Origin: a virus
UHGV virus genome: UHGV-1376262
Direction: 5' to 3' (one strand)
Length of the DNA stretch: 58,366 nt
Shown here: positions 37,068 through 46,321 of the stretch, piece after piece
How the letters are laid out: every line of letters begins with the position of its first letter
How positions within the stretch are numbered: position 1 is the stretch's first letter
The notes under the pieces: model-generated
The model's input: only the letters and a program-made list of their open reading frames with translations
What the model was told of the DNA's origin: nothing
Database searches by the model: none
Translations under genes and position numbers: made by a program

Positions 37068-37826
37068 CTATAGAACAACAGGAATAACAACGCATACGCA
37101 ATGTGGGTGAACTGGTAGCAGTGGAAGGTCTTCTAAAGCATAAATGCCCTCATCGCCAATTCCACCTTCTGAAATTCCTCTACAGCGTTCACACGTTCCA
37201 GAAGCTGTTAACTCTGGGCGGATACACCATTTCCAGTAAGTTGTTCCAAGCTGTCGAGAAGCCTCGATGATAGCTAGGTTTATAATGAGACTCATTTGAG
37301 CCTCCACATGCCTTCTCAGAAAGTATACTAAACGATCTCTTATTGAAGCTAACGTTGCAACAAGCTCGTTAGTGGATTTGTCTGAAAGGCTTGAAGAGTC
37401 TATGGCGTCCATTTCCACAAGTATTGAGTCGAAGATTTCTTCAAAGTAGTCGTAAGCTTCTTCAATGTTGTTTTGGAAAGTGCCTGTATCCTCTATCGTG
37501 TTCTCAACCTTATCATAATAGGTGTGTCCAGAAGCCTGTGAGAAGACGTCTGCGAACGTTGATTGTAAGAGACGCCTAAACTCCTCACGATAGTCTTCAA
37601 GCAGCTCATACAGCTCCATAATGGCTCTCTGATAAGCTATAAGGTTAGAGGTAATTCTTTGGTCTTGGGAAGTCTTGAGAATGATTATCTCATTAAGCTT
37701 TCCTTCGAGCCGTTCAGAGAAGTCTTCAATGAATGCTTTATACTCCTTCTGAGTGGTCTCCATAACCCCTACCAACAAGTCCTCTAAAGCTTGTTGACGT
37801 TCTTTCTTACTAAGCTCTTTAGCCAA
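37068..37826 (-). CDS. Minor head morphogenesis protein (SPP1 gp7 / Mu F-like).
   Basis: C-terminal Cys/His cluster TCERCRGISEGG...HPHCVC and its position after the portal gene. Confidence 0.65.
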   Translation of the reverse strand: MAKELSKKERQQALEDLLVGVMETTQKEYKAFIEDFSERLEGKLNEIIILKTSQDQRITSNLIAYQRAIMELYELLEDYREEFRRLLQSTFADVFSQASGHTYYDKVENTIEDTGTFQNNIEEAYDYFEEIFDSILVEMDAIDSSSLSDKSTNELVATLASIRDRLVYFLRRHVEAQMSLIINLAIIEASRQLGTTYWKWCIRPELTASGTCERCRGISEGGIGDEGIYALEDLPLLPVHPHCVCVVIPVVL

Positions 37827-37837
37827 AGCCGTTCCTC

Positions 37838-39361
37838 CTATTCTTTAGGTTTCTTGTTACGAGCTTTCTCTTGCTCTTTGGCAGCCACTTCGTCAGTGGT
37901 TGTGATAGCGTTAGTGTTAGCGTTGTTGTCAATCTTATTAACCTTGTTTGGATTCAACACTCCAGCGCCTACTTTAGTTTGCTTGAAGCCTTCAAGAGCT
38001 TTCTTAGCTCTGTCTTCACGCTGTTTATCAGCCTTAGCAATTTCCTCTTTAGCGTCTGTAATGAATGGGAACAATCCAACGATCGTTTGGTCAGACAAGA
38101 TGTCACGCAATTTAACAGCCATGTCCGCTAACTCTGAGTAAGATTGAGGTAAGTTTCTAATGAACACTGGTTCTAACTCTTCTGGCTTCAAGTCTTTAAG
38201 CTTGTATTTACCCATTAAGTCAAGGTAGCTACAGATAATTTTGAAGCGTTGTTCAAGAGTCTTACGATACTTAGCCTCTTTCATTGCCGACTTGTTCTCT
38301 AATGGTTGAGTAGCAGCTTTCATTGCTGTACCAGAAGCAGCATTAAAGTCTTTAGAAGCAATGTCTGGAATTTGTGAGAACGTGAAGATGTCTTGTTTAG
38401 CACGGTTCTTAACATTCTCAATGTGTTTATCATTAACGTCTTTAACAACGAATGATACATTGCCTTGTCCATCAGTTACAATAACCTTGTTATTCTTCAT
38501 GTTGGCAATAGCGTCTTCGTCAGCAGCTTCAAATCCGTTCAACCATAAGTAAGCGTCATTCCAGTAAACGATGTCGTTAATGCTGTCTGAAACGGCAATG
38601 TTATAGCTGTCGATTAATGATATTTGAGCTTCAAAGTCGCCAATGCGTTCCTCGTTACAAATCGTTTCAATAACTGGGAACCGTTTTAAAAGGTTAGGGT
38701 ACTCTCTTAAGTTTCTTACCTCAGCTCTTGCGTCAGGTTCATCTGGGGTTTCCGTAGTGAATTTATAAACCTTGTCGTCAGTATAGATTTCATAAGCTCT
38801 GATAAACTTATTGTCAAGAGACATTCCTACGTTGTTGTAATAGATTGCTACAACAGGTTCTTCTTCTAAGTCGAATGAATAAGCGATTAAACAATTCATC
38901 GGAGAAACTGCTTTGAAGCGAAGCTTGTTGTTCTTATCAATCCAATGGATTTCAAAAGCGTGTCCGAAGATGGCAGACTTCTTGATAATCTCTGTATCAA
39001 CGTCCGTATAGTAGTTCTCTTTAAGAACAGGCATAATGGCGTCAATAGTTTTTTCGTCACCTTTAAGAGTGATAGGTTCACCTACTAGATAAGATGTAGC
39101 AGTGTCTACCAACAACTTGGGAAAGTTATGGACTACTTTATTGTTAGGCTTATTGACATCATCGAAAGTTCGGCTTAAAATAGCTGTGTGCATGCCTTTG
39201 TAATAGTCGTATAGAATCTGGTATTGAGAAGTTGAGGCAGCGTGTTGGTTAGCTACTTCAATCACTTGTTCAAGATTCCAGTCTCTGCTGATATAGTGTT
39301 TTCTTTTAATGCCTAGAGTATCGATGTCTCCAGCATTAAACTGTCCTTTTGGGATTGCCAT
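37838..39361 (-). CDS. Portal protein.
   Basis: 507 aa directly downstream of the large terminase. Confidence 0.8.
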   Translation of the reverse strand: MAIPKGQFNAGDIDTLGIKRKHYISRDWNLEQVIEVANQHAASTSQYQILYDYYKGMHTAILSRTFDDVNKPNNKVVHNFPKLLVDTATSYLVGEPITLKGDEKTIDAIMPVLKENYYTDVDTEIIKKSAIFGHAFEIHWIDKNNKLRFKAVSPMNCLIAYSFDLEEEPVVAIYYNNVGMSLDNKFIRAYEIYTDDKVYKFTTETPDEPDARAEVRNLREYPNLLKRFPVIETICNEERIGDFEAQISLIDSYNIAVSDSINDIVYWNDAYLWLNGFEAADEDAIANMKNNKVIVTDGQGNVSFVVKDVNDKHIENVKNRAKQDIFTFSQIPDIASKDFNAASGTAMKAATQPLENKSAMKEAKYRKTLEQRFKIICSYLDLMGKYKLKDLKPEELEPVFIRNLPQSYSELADMAVKLRDILSDQTIVGLFPFITDAKEEIAKADKQREDRAKKALEGFKQTKVGAGVLNPNKVNKIDNNANTNAITTTDEVAAKEQEKARNKKPKE

Positions 39362-39412
39362 TCACAAATCCTCCTTGTTTTCTCTTACTGGTATTGTACA
39401 CCTTGATTTTAA

Positions 39413-40678
39413 TTACAGTCCAAGAACGGACTTACTGATAGTTGAAATACGGTTTCTTGGAATCAAGTCATTAACACTGTAGCGAAGAGCGTCCATACAG
39501 TGGTCGAATCCATTCTGTAAAGGCTTGTTCTCATACTCATCGGCAACACCTTTAACAGGCTTCCACTCGTAGTTCTCAAGTTCCTTGATAGTTTCTACAC
39601 AGCGTGGATCAACGATAATTTTAAAGCCTTGTAGATACTGGATTCCGTGAACGATTGAGTCAGCACCTTTTTTAACAGGCTTAATACGTCTAGCTCCTAA
39701 GCGTCTAATCTCCTCGATGGTAGCAAGGTTAGATGAGTCTGCGAATATCTTATGGTTAAGGATTTTCATACGTTCCATTTGCTTATAAATCTCAGCCCCA
39801 ATCATGCCTTTCTTAACGTACTCGTCATAAACATAGATTAGTTTAGCTTGTGGATTAACCATAACTGAAAGGATTACAGAAGGGTCATTAGAGAACCCGA
39901 AGTCGACTCCAAAACGAGGTTCCCAACCAGCTTTATAGATTTCTCTAAGGTCTAGTCTGGCTCTTTCCCAGTTGGTGTATATACGCTTACCTAAAGAAGC
40001 GAACTTACCCATAGCGTAGATTTCATAGTAAACTGGATTGGTATGCTTCATGTCTTGAAGCTGCTTAATGTAGGTGCTTGGTAAGAAGCGGTTATCCTTA
40101 AACGTTGTACAAACAACCTTACAATCCTCTGGTCGTTTAGTTGCTGGGTTATGGAACATTTGATACGTCCAGTTGGCTTTTGAAGATGGGTTGTACATAA
40201 TGAATACTTGACCGTTCTCATCTTTACGCAAACGTAATTGAAGCTGTGAGTAGTCGTCTAAGTTAAACTCGGAAGCTTCCTCTATAATGATGTCTGTAAT
40301 CCCTGAAATAGACTTGATTCGCTCAGGGTCTTCCATACCTTTGAATATGTATTTAGTTCCATTAGGTAATACAATAGTCATGTAAGAAGCTTTTACATCA
40401 CACATTCCTAAGATGTTGTACTCAGATAAGCATGTGATAAACTCTTGGAAGATGGAATCCCTAATCGTATTATCAACCTTTCTGGTAACTAGGAATTTAC
40501 GCTTTGAAGCAAGCCCTTTTAAGATAGCATTTTGGACTACGAACTTGGATTTACCTGATCCAGCCCCTCCATAAAAGACCATTGTACGGTGCTTTCCTTC
40601 TGGCTTATTATAAAGGTATGGTAAATAGGCTGCGTTGAAAGTCCTTGTAGTAATGGTTAATTTTAATGGTTGTCCCAT
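39413..40678 (-). CDS. terL: Terminase large subunit.
   Basis: Walker A GGAGSGKS and a C-terminal nuclease domain; 421 aa. Confidence 0.85.
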   Translation of the reverse strand: MGQPLKLTITTRTFNAAYLPYLYNKPEGKHRTMVFYGGAGSGKSKFVVQNAILKGLASKRKFLVTRKVDNTIRDSIFQEFITCLSEYNILGMCDVKASYMTIVLPNGTKYIFKGMEDPERIKSISGITDIIIEEASEFNLDDYSQLQLRLRKDENGQVFIMYNPSSKANWTYQMFHNPATKRPEDCKVVCTTFKDNRFLPSTYIKQLQDMKHTNPVYYEIYAMGKFASLGKRIYTNWERARLDLREIYKAGWEPRFGVDFGFSNDPSVILSVMVNPQAKLIYVYDEYVKKGMIGAEIYKQMERMKILNHKIFADSSNLATIEEIRRLGARRIKPVKKGADSIVHGIQYLQGFKIIVDPRCVETIKELENYEWKPVKGVADEYENKPLQNGFDHCMDALRYSVNDLIPRNRISTISKSVLGL

Positions 40679-40732
40679 ACTTTTGTCCTCCTATAATAAA
40701 AGCCCCCAGATTACTCCAAGGGCTTAGAAAGT

Positions 40733-40996
40733 TTATTGGTCGTTTGATTTCATTTGTGTAAGCTGGTAATAGCCTACAGAAGAAAGCCCTGCTAAGAAGC
40801 CTGAAATAGCTCCTAGATATAAGGATAAACCAAACAACGGTGACGCAATCAAACCTGCCACAACTCCTACAAGCAATGCTACCAATGGAGTATACTTACT
40901 TGGGAAAAGCTCGGTTTCTTTAAGTAGCTGCATAACCCCTGTCAATACAGCAGCTAAAGCCGTTGCTACGGTTACGATAAGTTCTAAGTGACCCAA
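40733..40996 (-). CDS. Holin-like three-transmembrane membrane protein (XhlB/phage_holin_4-like).
   Basis: 87 aa with three hydrophobic helices and a charged C-terminus. Confidence 0.55.
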   Translation of the reverse strand: MGHLELIVTVATALAAVLTGVMQLLKETELFPSKYTPLVALLVGVVAGLIASPLFGLSLYLGAISGFLAGLSSVGYYQLTQMKSNDQ

Positions 40997-41012
40997 AATG
41001 CTAACCCCCTTT

Positions 41013-41390
41013 CTAATGTGTTAGGATTTGAAGTAAGCCAGTGATAATGCTTCCAGCTCCTGCTACAATAGCCATTACGACAGCCCATGTCTGCTTCTGG
41101 TTAAGAGCTTTAGCTTCTTGCTTGGCTTCCTCTTGTTTAATTGAAAGTTCATCTCTACGTCTTTGTGAATCCGTCAGTAAGCTTAACATCTGTTCATTTT
41201 GTTGTTGGACATGCTGCATATACACTTCTGATTTACCATTACTTTCGATAAGAAGTTCTCTAAGCCCTGCTACGTCAGTGGAAAGCTTTCCTACTTCTTG
41301 TTTCAATGTGTTAATCATATCATCGTGCATTTTAAAGTCCTGAACAAGCCTCGTAACGGTAGCACGTAACTCTTCCTCTTGATTGTTCAT
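41013..41390 (-). CDS. XhlA-like protein: N-terminal coiled coil plus a single C-terminal transmembrane helix.
   Basis: Coiled coil (LKQEVGKLSTDVAGLRELL...) then WAVVMAIVAGAGSIITGLLQILTH. Same architecture as the PBSX XhlA lysis accessory protein. Confidence 0.5.
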   Translation of the reverse strand: MNNQEEELRATVTRLVQDFKMHDDMINTLKQEVGKLSTDVAGLRELLIESNGKSEVYMQHVQQQNEQMLSLLTDSQRRRDELSIKQEEAKQEAKALNQKQTWAVVMAIVAGAGSIITGLLQILTH

Positions 41391-41405
41391 ACTATCCTAC
41401 CCCTA

Positions 41406-42008
41406 CTAGTAATTTGTCAGAAACTCCAAATCTTCGCCCAAGTCTTCCTCAGATTCATTAAAGTCGCCCTCTTCAATTACTTCTACTTCCTCTATTACTT
41501 CTGCCTCTTTAGGTTCTTCAACGGCGTCCGTAATATCCACAATGATGTTAAACTCTTGGTTAACCTGTGTGTCAGGCATTAGAAGTTCATGGAATTTAGC
41601 TAGAGAGTTTAAAGCGCTGATTTGAGTGTTTACGTCAATACGTTTATCAATAACATCGCCTTTTGGAGTAACCACTTGGTCATAAGCGTTTCTCTCAGCA
41701 ATCTCTGTAAAGCGTTCCAAAACTTCTGTCGGAGACATGATTTTAGCCTCTGACTTCTCGTTCATGATCCATTTCATATAAGCCTTAACATCATCACGCT
41801 TCAACAAGCGCCAACCAGTGGATTCATTATAACCCACAGAGCGGCATGCTTCTGCGTTATTCATCGTACTCATATAGTGTTTTATATAGCGTTTCATCTT
41901 AGGTCTTAAAGTTGTCAAGTCAACGCCATCGTATTGGTCTGGTTCGTTAACCTCTGAGATATACTTCTCATGTCGGTTTCCTACTTCTCTTTTTCCAATC
42001 TTTACCAA
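41406..42008 (-). CDS. terS: Terminase small subunit.
   Basis: N-terminal HTH (AEACRSVGYNESTGWRLLKRDDV) and an acidic C-terminus. Sits at the head of the late operon. Confidence 0.7.
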   Translation of the reverse strand: MVKIGKREVGNRHEKYISEVNEPDQYDGVDLTTLRPKMKRYIKHYMSTMNNAEACRSVGYNESTGWRLLKRDDVKAYMKWIMNEKSEAKIMSPTEVLERFTEIAERNAYDQVVTPKGDVIDKRIDVNTQISALNSLAKFHELLMPDTQVNQEFNIIVDITDAVEEPKEAEVIEEVEVIEEGDFNESEEDLGEDLEFLTNY

Positions 42009-42112
42009 AGCTGTTCTCCTCCTCTCAGCTCTAAAGCTTTGTTTAAAGTTTCCTATTAAGGATAGCCTTATGGTGGGCTTTTGTCCAAATTATTAAAAAA
42101 GTAATTTAAAAG

Positions 42113-42150
42113 TGTTGACACGTCCTTTATAATATGTTACTATTAGTTTA
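42113..42150 (+). promoter_or_regulatory. Sigma-A-like promoter for the plus-strand accessory island.
   Basis: gtgTTGACAcgtcctttataatatgtTACTAT. Divergent from the late operon. Confidence 0.4.
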
Positions 42151-42283
42151 TCAAAGAGATACACACGGTATAATAGTCCTCAGAAGCCACAGGAAGCTCT
42201 TAGAGAGCTTTTAGGTATTCTCAGGTGTAATTATTCCAGAGAAGTATAAAACGCCTCTAAGAGGCTTATAGGAGGAATTTAGA

Positions 42284-42508
42284 ATGGCTATTAAATTGTA
42301 TGCAGTAAAAAGCTACCAGCAGTATTTAGAGAAGCTTGGAACAGTCCGTAAAGCAGCTGCTGATTTTGAGCTTAACAATAGCTTTTCAGAAGAAGCTCAT
42401 GAATTGATCGCTAAGCAGTATGCAGAAGACATTGAAAAGCTTTCTCGTAAGGTTCAAGAATACCATGAGCTTATCGAAAGCATTGTTAAAGACGGAGGTA
42501 ATGGTTAA
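42284..42508 (+). CDS. Hypothetical helical small protein.
   Basis: ORF track. RBS AGGAGG. Confidence 0.5.
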   Translation: MAIKLYAVKSYQQYLEKLGTVRKAAADFELNNSFSEEAHELIAKQYAEDIEKLSRKVQEYHELIESIVKDGGNG

Positions 42509-42783
42509 TGGAAGGAATTGAATTAGACTACTATAATGACTTTATAGAAGGTCAGTACTTGTATTGGGATAAGGTTGAAATAGGGAATAAATTGCTTGAG
42601 CTATTAAGAATCCTTAGTGTTGATATTGAAGATGTTAATAGTTATGAGTTTGAAGCAGCAGTACAAGATGTTAGAGAATCCGTTGATAACCTTTCTAATG
42701 GATTAGACGAACTTTCTGACGTGTTTTATAATGCTAAGAACTACTTAGCAAATGCTGATAAGAAATGGGAGGAAGATGTTTAA
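42508..42783 (+). CDS. Hypothetical acidic protein.
   Basis: ORF track. Start and stop overlap its neighbours. Confidence 0.5.
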   Translation: MEGIELDYYNDFIEGQYLYWDKVEIGNKLLELLRILSVDIEDVNSYEFEAAVQDVRESVDNLSNGLDELSDVFYNAKNYLANADKKWEEDV

Positions 42784-43172
42784 TGAAGATTGCAAGCATT
42801 GATAGAGGAATTTACGTACCAGTTGAAGTTGAAGTAGGTTCTTCATTAATATCTATTGAAACTGGGAGTAGCCTGATTACACTTAATCGATCAGAGACAG
42901 AACAGCTTATCTTAGCACTAGGTAAAGCCTTAAAAAAGCTTCCCGATGAGCCTAAATATGTTGTGGTACTGCCTCAGAAAGTATCCGAAAGGTTTTGGAA
43001 ATACTATTATTTAGGGGATAATGGCGTTATTTATAGCTGTGACAAACCCCAAGAAGTATTAGAAGAGGGTACTATGACAATGGGTGAAATTAAAGCTATC
43101 AGTAAGCATTACGAACCTTTTGCAATTCCTGTAGAAGAGTTTAAAGAAAAACATTTAGAGGGAGAGTTTTAA
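42783..43172 (+). CDS. Hypothetical protein, tandem paralog A. Start refined to MKIASIDRG.
   Basis: Shares ...LPQKVSERFWKYYY...AIPVEEFKEKHLEGEF with the next gene. Confidence 0.5.
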   Translation: MKIASIDRGIYVPVEVEVGSSLISIETGSSLITLNRSETEQLILALGKALKKLPDEPKYVVVLPQKVSERFWKYYYLGDNGVIYSCDKPQEVLEEGTMTMGEIKAISKHYEPFAIPVEEFKEKHLEGEF

Positions 43173-43173
43173 T

Positions 43174-43554
43174 ATGGAACGTATTATTAGAAGAACAGGC
43201 AAAGATGATTTAGAAGTTTCAAGTTATAGAGGAGGCATTTGTTTGAATAGAGAAGGTTTAATGACAAACATTTGTCTAACTCATTCCGAGACACTAGAAC
43301 TTTTAAAAGCTATCAAAGAAATTGTGCTAGAGCCAAGACACATTGTATTGTTACCTTTCAAAAAGGCAGCATTAACTGATTGGAAATACTTTTATATAAA
43401 CTCAAGTGGAGGTATTGATTATACAGACACGGCTGCTGATGTTTGGGAAGATGGTCGTTTGACCTCCGAACAACTAGAAAGTCTTGACGAAAACATTAAA
43501 GCCTATGCTATCCCTGCGGAAGAGTTTAAACAAAACGAGATTGGAGAGTTTTAG
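43174..43554 (+). CDS. Hypothetical protein, tandem paralog B.
   Basis: ...LPFKKAALTDWKYFY...AIPAEEFKQNEIGEF. Confidence 0.5.
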   Translation: MERIIRRTGKDDLEVSSYRGGICLNREGLMTNICLTHSETLELLKAIKEIVLEPRHIVLLPFKKAALTDWKYFYINSSGGIDYTDTAADVWEDGRLTSEQLESLDENIKAYAIPAEEFKQNEIGEF

Positions 43555-43555
43555 T

Positions 43556-43933
43556 ATGAGCAAACTACCCTTTGAGAAGGAATTAAAAGAGGCTTTGAAC
43601 AAGCCTACATTAACTCAACGTGAAACAGCTTTAACGGCGCTTGTAGAAAAGCTTCAAGGAGCCTTAGTGGATTCCAATTATGATAAACTTATGTATGAAC
43701 AGTGGTATGAAGAGACTGTGGAAGATGTTCGGAGACTTGTCGCAGACCTTGAGGATAGTGAAAACGAAATTGACAGTCTTGAAAGTGAGATTTCAGATCT
43801 AGAAGACAAGCTAGACGAGGCTTTTGATGATTTAGCTATGGCTGAGGAAGACCACAAATCCTTATATGATGATTATATAAGTCTTCAAGAAATGTATGAA
43901 GATCTAAGTGAAACACTTGATGTATACGCTTAG
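43556..43933 (+). CDS. Acidic coiled-coil protein. Start refined to MSKLPFEK.
   Basis: ORF track 43484..43933. RBS GGAGAG before 43556. Confidence 0.45.
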   Translation: MSKLPFEKELKEALNKPTLTQRETALTALVEKLQGALVDSNYDKLMYEQWYEETVEDVRRLVADLEDSENEIDSLESEISDLEDKLDEAFDDLAMAEEDHKSLYDDYISLQEMYEDLSETLDVYA

Positions 43934-43945
43934 GAGGCGTTTGGA

Positions 43946-44131
43946 ATGGTTTTAAGAGCGCTATTAGTAACGGCAGGCATTTTTATGGCTTTAGTAGTGG
44001 TTGGAGTAGTGTTTTTCACTAATCCTTCCCTAACTGCCTTGATTATTATTTTTGGAGGGGCTGCGATAGCTTTTATCGCCCCTATTTTATTAGTGTTTTT
44101 AGTAGTTTTGTGGTTTATGGGAGGTTTTTAA
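43946..44131 (+). CDS. Small two-transmembrane membrane protein.
   Basis: 61 aa, almost entirely hydrophobic. Confidence 0.5.
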   Translation: MVLRALLVTAGIFMALVVVGVVFFTNPSLTALIIIFGGAAIAFIAPILLVFLVVLWFMGGF

Positions 44132-44132
44132 A

Positions 44133-44270
44133 GTGATTGGAGACATTCTGTTAGCAATTAAATCGCTTTTCAAGCATAACTTTTGTATGCACGAGTATAA
44201 AGAGGTTACTGTAAAGTGCTATCCTCCTGTATACTACAAGGAATGTGAGAAGTGTGGGAGAGTTAAGTAA
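44133..44270 (+). CDS. 45-aa Cys-rich zinc-ribbon-like protein (C-x-H...C...C-x-x-C). GTG start.
   Basis: A GGGAGG RBS lies 8 nt before the GTG. Not in the ORF track because it is under 60 aa. Confidence 0.35.
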   Translation: MIGDILLAIKSLFKHNFCMHEYKEVTVKCYPPVYYKECEKCGRVK

Positions 44271-44287
44271 AGATTACTGGAGGAAAT

Positions 44288-44554
44288 TTGATGAATCGTA
44301 TTAAAGTTTATACAAAAGACGCTTGTCAGGCGTGTAAAATGACTAAAAGAAAGCTTACAGAAGCAGGCGTAGGCTTTGATGAGGAGTTTGTAGACGTTAT
44401 CAATGACGTTGAAGTGCTTGATATGCTTCGTGAGAGTGGTTTCAGAAGCTTTCCTGTAGTGCTTCTTGACGATAACTTTGTCACAGGCATTTCAGGATTC
44501 AATCCGCCTAAGTTAAATGAGTTTATTAAGATCGTTAAGGAGAGTGCCTTATGA
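44288..44554 (+). CDS. NrdH/glutaredoxin-like redoxin.
   Basis: CQAC active site, plus SGFRSFPVV and ISGFNP segments that parallel E. coli NrdH. Confidence 0.6.
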   Translation: MMNRIKVYTKDACQACKMTKRKLTEAGVGFDEEFVDVINDVEVLDMLRESGFRSFPVVLLDDNFVTGISGFNPPKLNEFIKIVKESAL

Positions 44555-44913
44555 AACTAATTGATGGAGAAGCTTTATTAACATTTATGACAAGCAAATT
44601 GGTATCCTCCGAAGACCGCTATCACAAGGGCTGGAACGACGCTGTAGAAACCTGTATAGACGAAATTACAGACGCTTTGGATAAAGCTAACGAAGAGGCT
44701 GCTGGAACACCGTTTGCTATAAACGGAAATATCGTTGCTTCTGCGATGGCTTCTGAAACGTCCGTAAAAGCTCCTAAGAGTGGCTTTATCGTGAACTCTA
44801 ACGATAACACTATTAAAGCTTTAAAAGCTGTTAGAGAGGCTATTGAAGACACTTACGACACGGAAGCAGCTGTTGCGTTTATCGACGGCATGTTGACAGC
44901 TTTAGAAATGTAA
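44551..44913 (+). CDS. Hypothetical protein.
   Basis: ORF track. Followed by a terminator. Confidence 0.5.
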   Translation: MKLIDGEALLTFMTSKLVSSEDRYHKGWNDAVETCIDEITDALDKANEEAAGTPFAINGNIVASAMASETSVKAPKSGFIVNSNDNTIKALKAVREAIEDTYDTEAAVAFIDGMLTALEM

Positions 44914-44949
44914 AAAGAAAGCCCTTGGGAAGCTTCCTAGGGGCTTTTT
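44913..44949 (+). terminator. Rho-independent terminator.
   Basis: AAAGCCCTTGGGAAGCTTCCTAGGGGCTTTTT. Confidence 0.55.
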
Positions 44950-45189
44950 AAATGCTTTTATTAATAGCAATCCATCAAATAAACATGGCGCCTATGTATA
45001 AAGCTTTTTAGAAGGCTTTCTGATTGCCTATCTTAACAACTATCGAAGCTGCGCTTCTCAGTTCCACTCACTCACTTCGTTGGAGTTCGTGGAGTCTATT
45101 TTAAAAGCTTTTTAGAAGACCTCAAAACATATGGTCTTAAAAAAGAGGTACTGTCCAAGAGCTTACACTAAATATGGAGTTTAAAAGTT

Positions 45190-45300
45190 TATATAAAACA
45201 CTATAAATGGTGATGAAATCCACTAAAAATAGGGTCAGGCGCCTTAAATCCACTAAATATGGTGATAAAATTTTGTTCTAATCCACTATAAATAGTGTTT
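45190..45300. repeat. Four direct repeats (consensus ATCCACTAWAAATRGTG) immediately upstream of a promoter.
   Basis: Copies: cactataaatggtg, atccactaaaaataggg, atccactaaatatggtg, atccactataaatagtg. Confidence 0.6.
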
Positions 45301-45335
45301 GACAGATACCTTATAATGTGCTAAAATAGCGTTAT
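45300..45335 (+). promoter_or_regulatory. Sigma-A promoter: TTGACA, 17 nt spacer, TAAAAT.
   Basis: tgtTTGACAgataccttataatgtgcTAAAAT. Drives 45358..47067. Confidence 0.5.
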
Positions 45336-45357
45336 TAAAGATTAGGAGGAACGATTA

Positions 45358-45660
45358 ATGAAGAATCGAGAGGAGTTTAATTCAACAGGTTACTATAGAG
45401 TTTCTTATAAGTATAGTGGAAGTGACTTTTATTGGGAAGGCGCTGCTGAGGACGAAGAAGAAGCTTATGATAAGGCTTTGTTGGAGGCTAAGAGTACGCT
45501 GTTCTTTATAGATGAAAAGCCAGAGCCTTGGGAAGTGTTTAACCTTAAAATAAAGCATGTAAAGGCGCCTACTTATGAAATGATGGGCTTCTGGAAGTTC
45601 GTTGCTGGATTCAGCATTGTATTAGGAATTATAAGCTTCATACTTGGAGGCATTAAATAG
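45358..45660 (+). CDS. Hypothetical protein with a C-terminal transmembrane helix.
   Basis: RBS AGGAGG. The C-terminus FWKFVAGFSIVLGIISFILGGIK is hydrophobic. Confidence 0.5.
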   Translation: MKNREEFNSTGYYRVSYKYSGSDFYWEGAAEDEEEAYDKALLEAKSTLFFIDEKPEPWEVFNLKIKHVKAPTYEMMGFWKFVAGFSIVLGIISFILGGIK

Positions 45661-45674
45661 AAAGGATTGATCAA

Positions 45675-46286
45675 ATGTTTAGTAATAAGTATGTTAAGAC
45701 ACTTCAAGAAAAGAACGAACGACTTTTTGAGGACTTAGAGAACGCTCAAAGTGTCTCGGCGCAGCGTGGAATGGAAATTTTATCCCTAAAGGATAGCCTT
45801 GAAGTGAAAGAGGAACAGATAGAGTACCTTACAGGAGTTATAAAAGGACTTAACGAAGAGCTTGATAGAGTATCTGAGGAAAGCGTCCCTTCACCTCATG
45901 AAGTAATTTGTGGAATGACAACTGAAGACATCGAACGTTTTGCAGAAATCTTTGTTAAAACTCTTAAAAAGGAGTCTGAGGATAACTCAACCTATGAGTA
46001 TGTAAAGGAGAAGATTCGCTTCTCTGCAACGTTTAATGGAAAAACATTCTCAGCTCCTCACAGAGACACTGTAGCTAACCATATCGATAAGGTAATGGAA
46101 TTGACTTGGGAAGGTTATCAAAGGGTTGTAGACACTTTACAGCAGCTTTCAGATTCAATGGCTGGACAAGATACTACAAATGGATTTGAGAACTCCGTTT
46201 ATGTAAATGTGTTCTCCATGCGTTTAGAACGCTTTGTAATCATTACACTAGGAATTAATAAAAAGGCAGAGTGGAGCATTGTCTAA
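45675..46286 (+). CDS. Hypothetical protein, 203 aa.
   Basis: ORF track. Confidence 0.5.
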   Translation: MFSNKYVKTLQEKNERLFEDLENAQSVSAQRGMEILSLKDSLEVKEEQIEYLTGVIKGLNEELDRVSEESVPSPHEVICGMTTEDIERFAEIFVKTLKKESEDNSTYEYVKEKIRFSATFNGKTFSAPHRDTVANHIDKVMELTWEGYQRVVDTLQQLSDSMAGQDTTNGFENSVYVNVFSMRLERFVIITLGINKKAEWSIV

Positions 46287-46321
46287 ATGGTAATATAAGG
46301 CTATATGAAAGGATTGATTAG

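Noticed and set aside
41041-41343. Plus-strand 100-aa ORF overlapping the XhlA-like gene.
   Set aside because: It is a Cys/Ser-rich nonsense translation antisense to a convincing protein with a coiled coil and a transmembrane helix.
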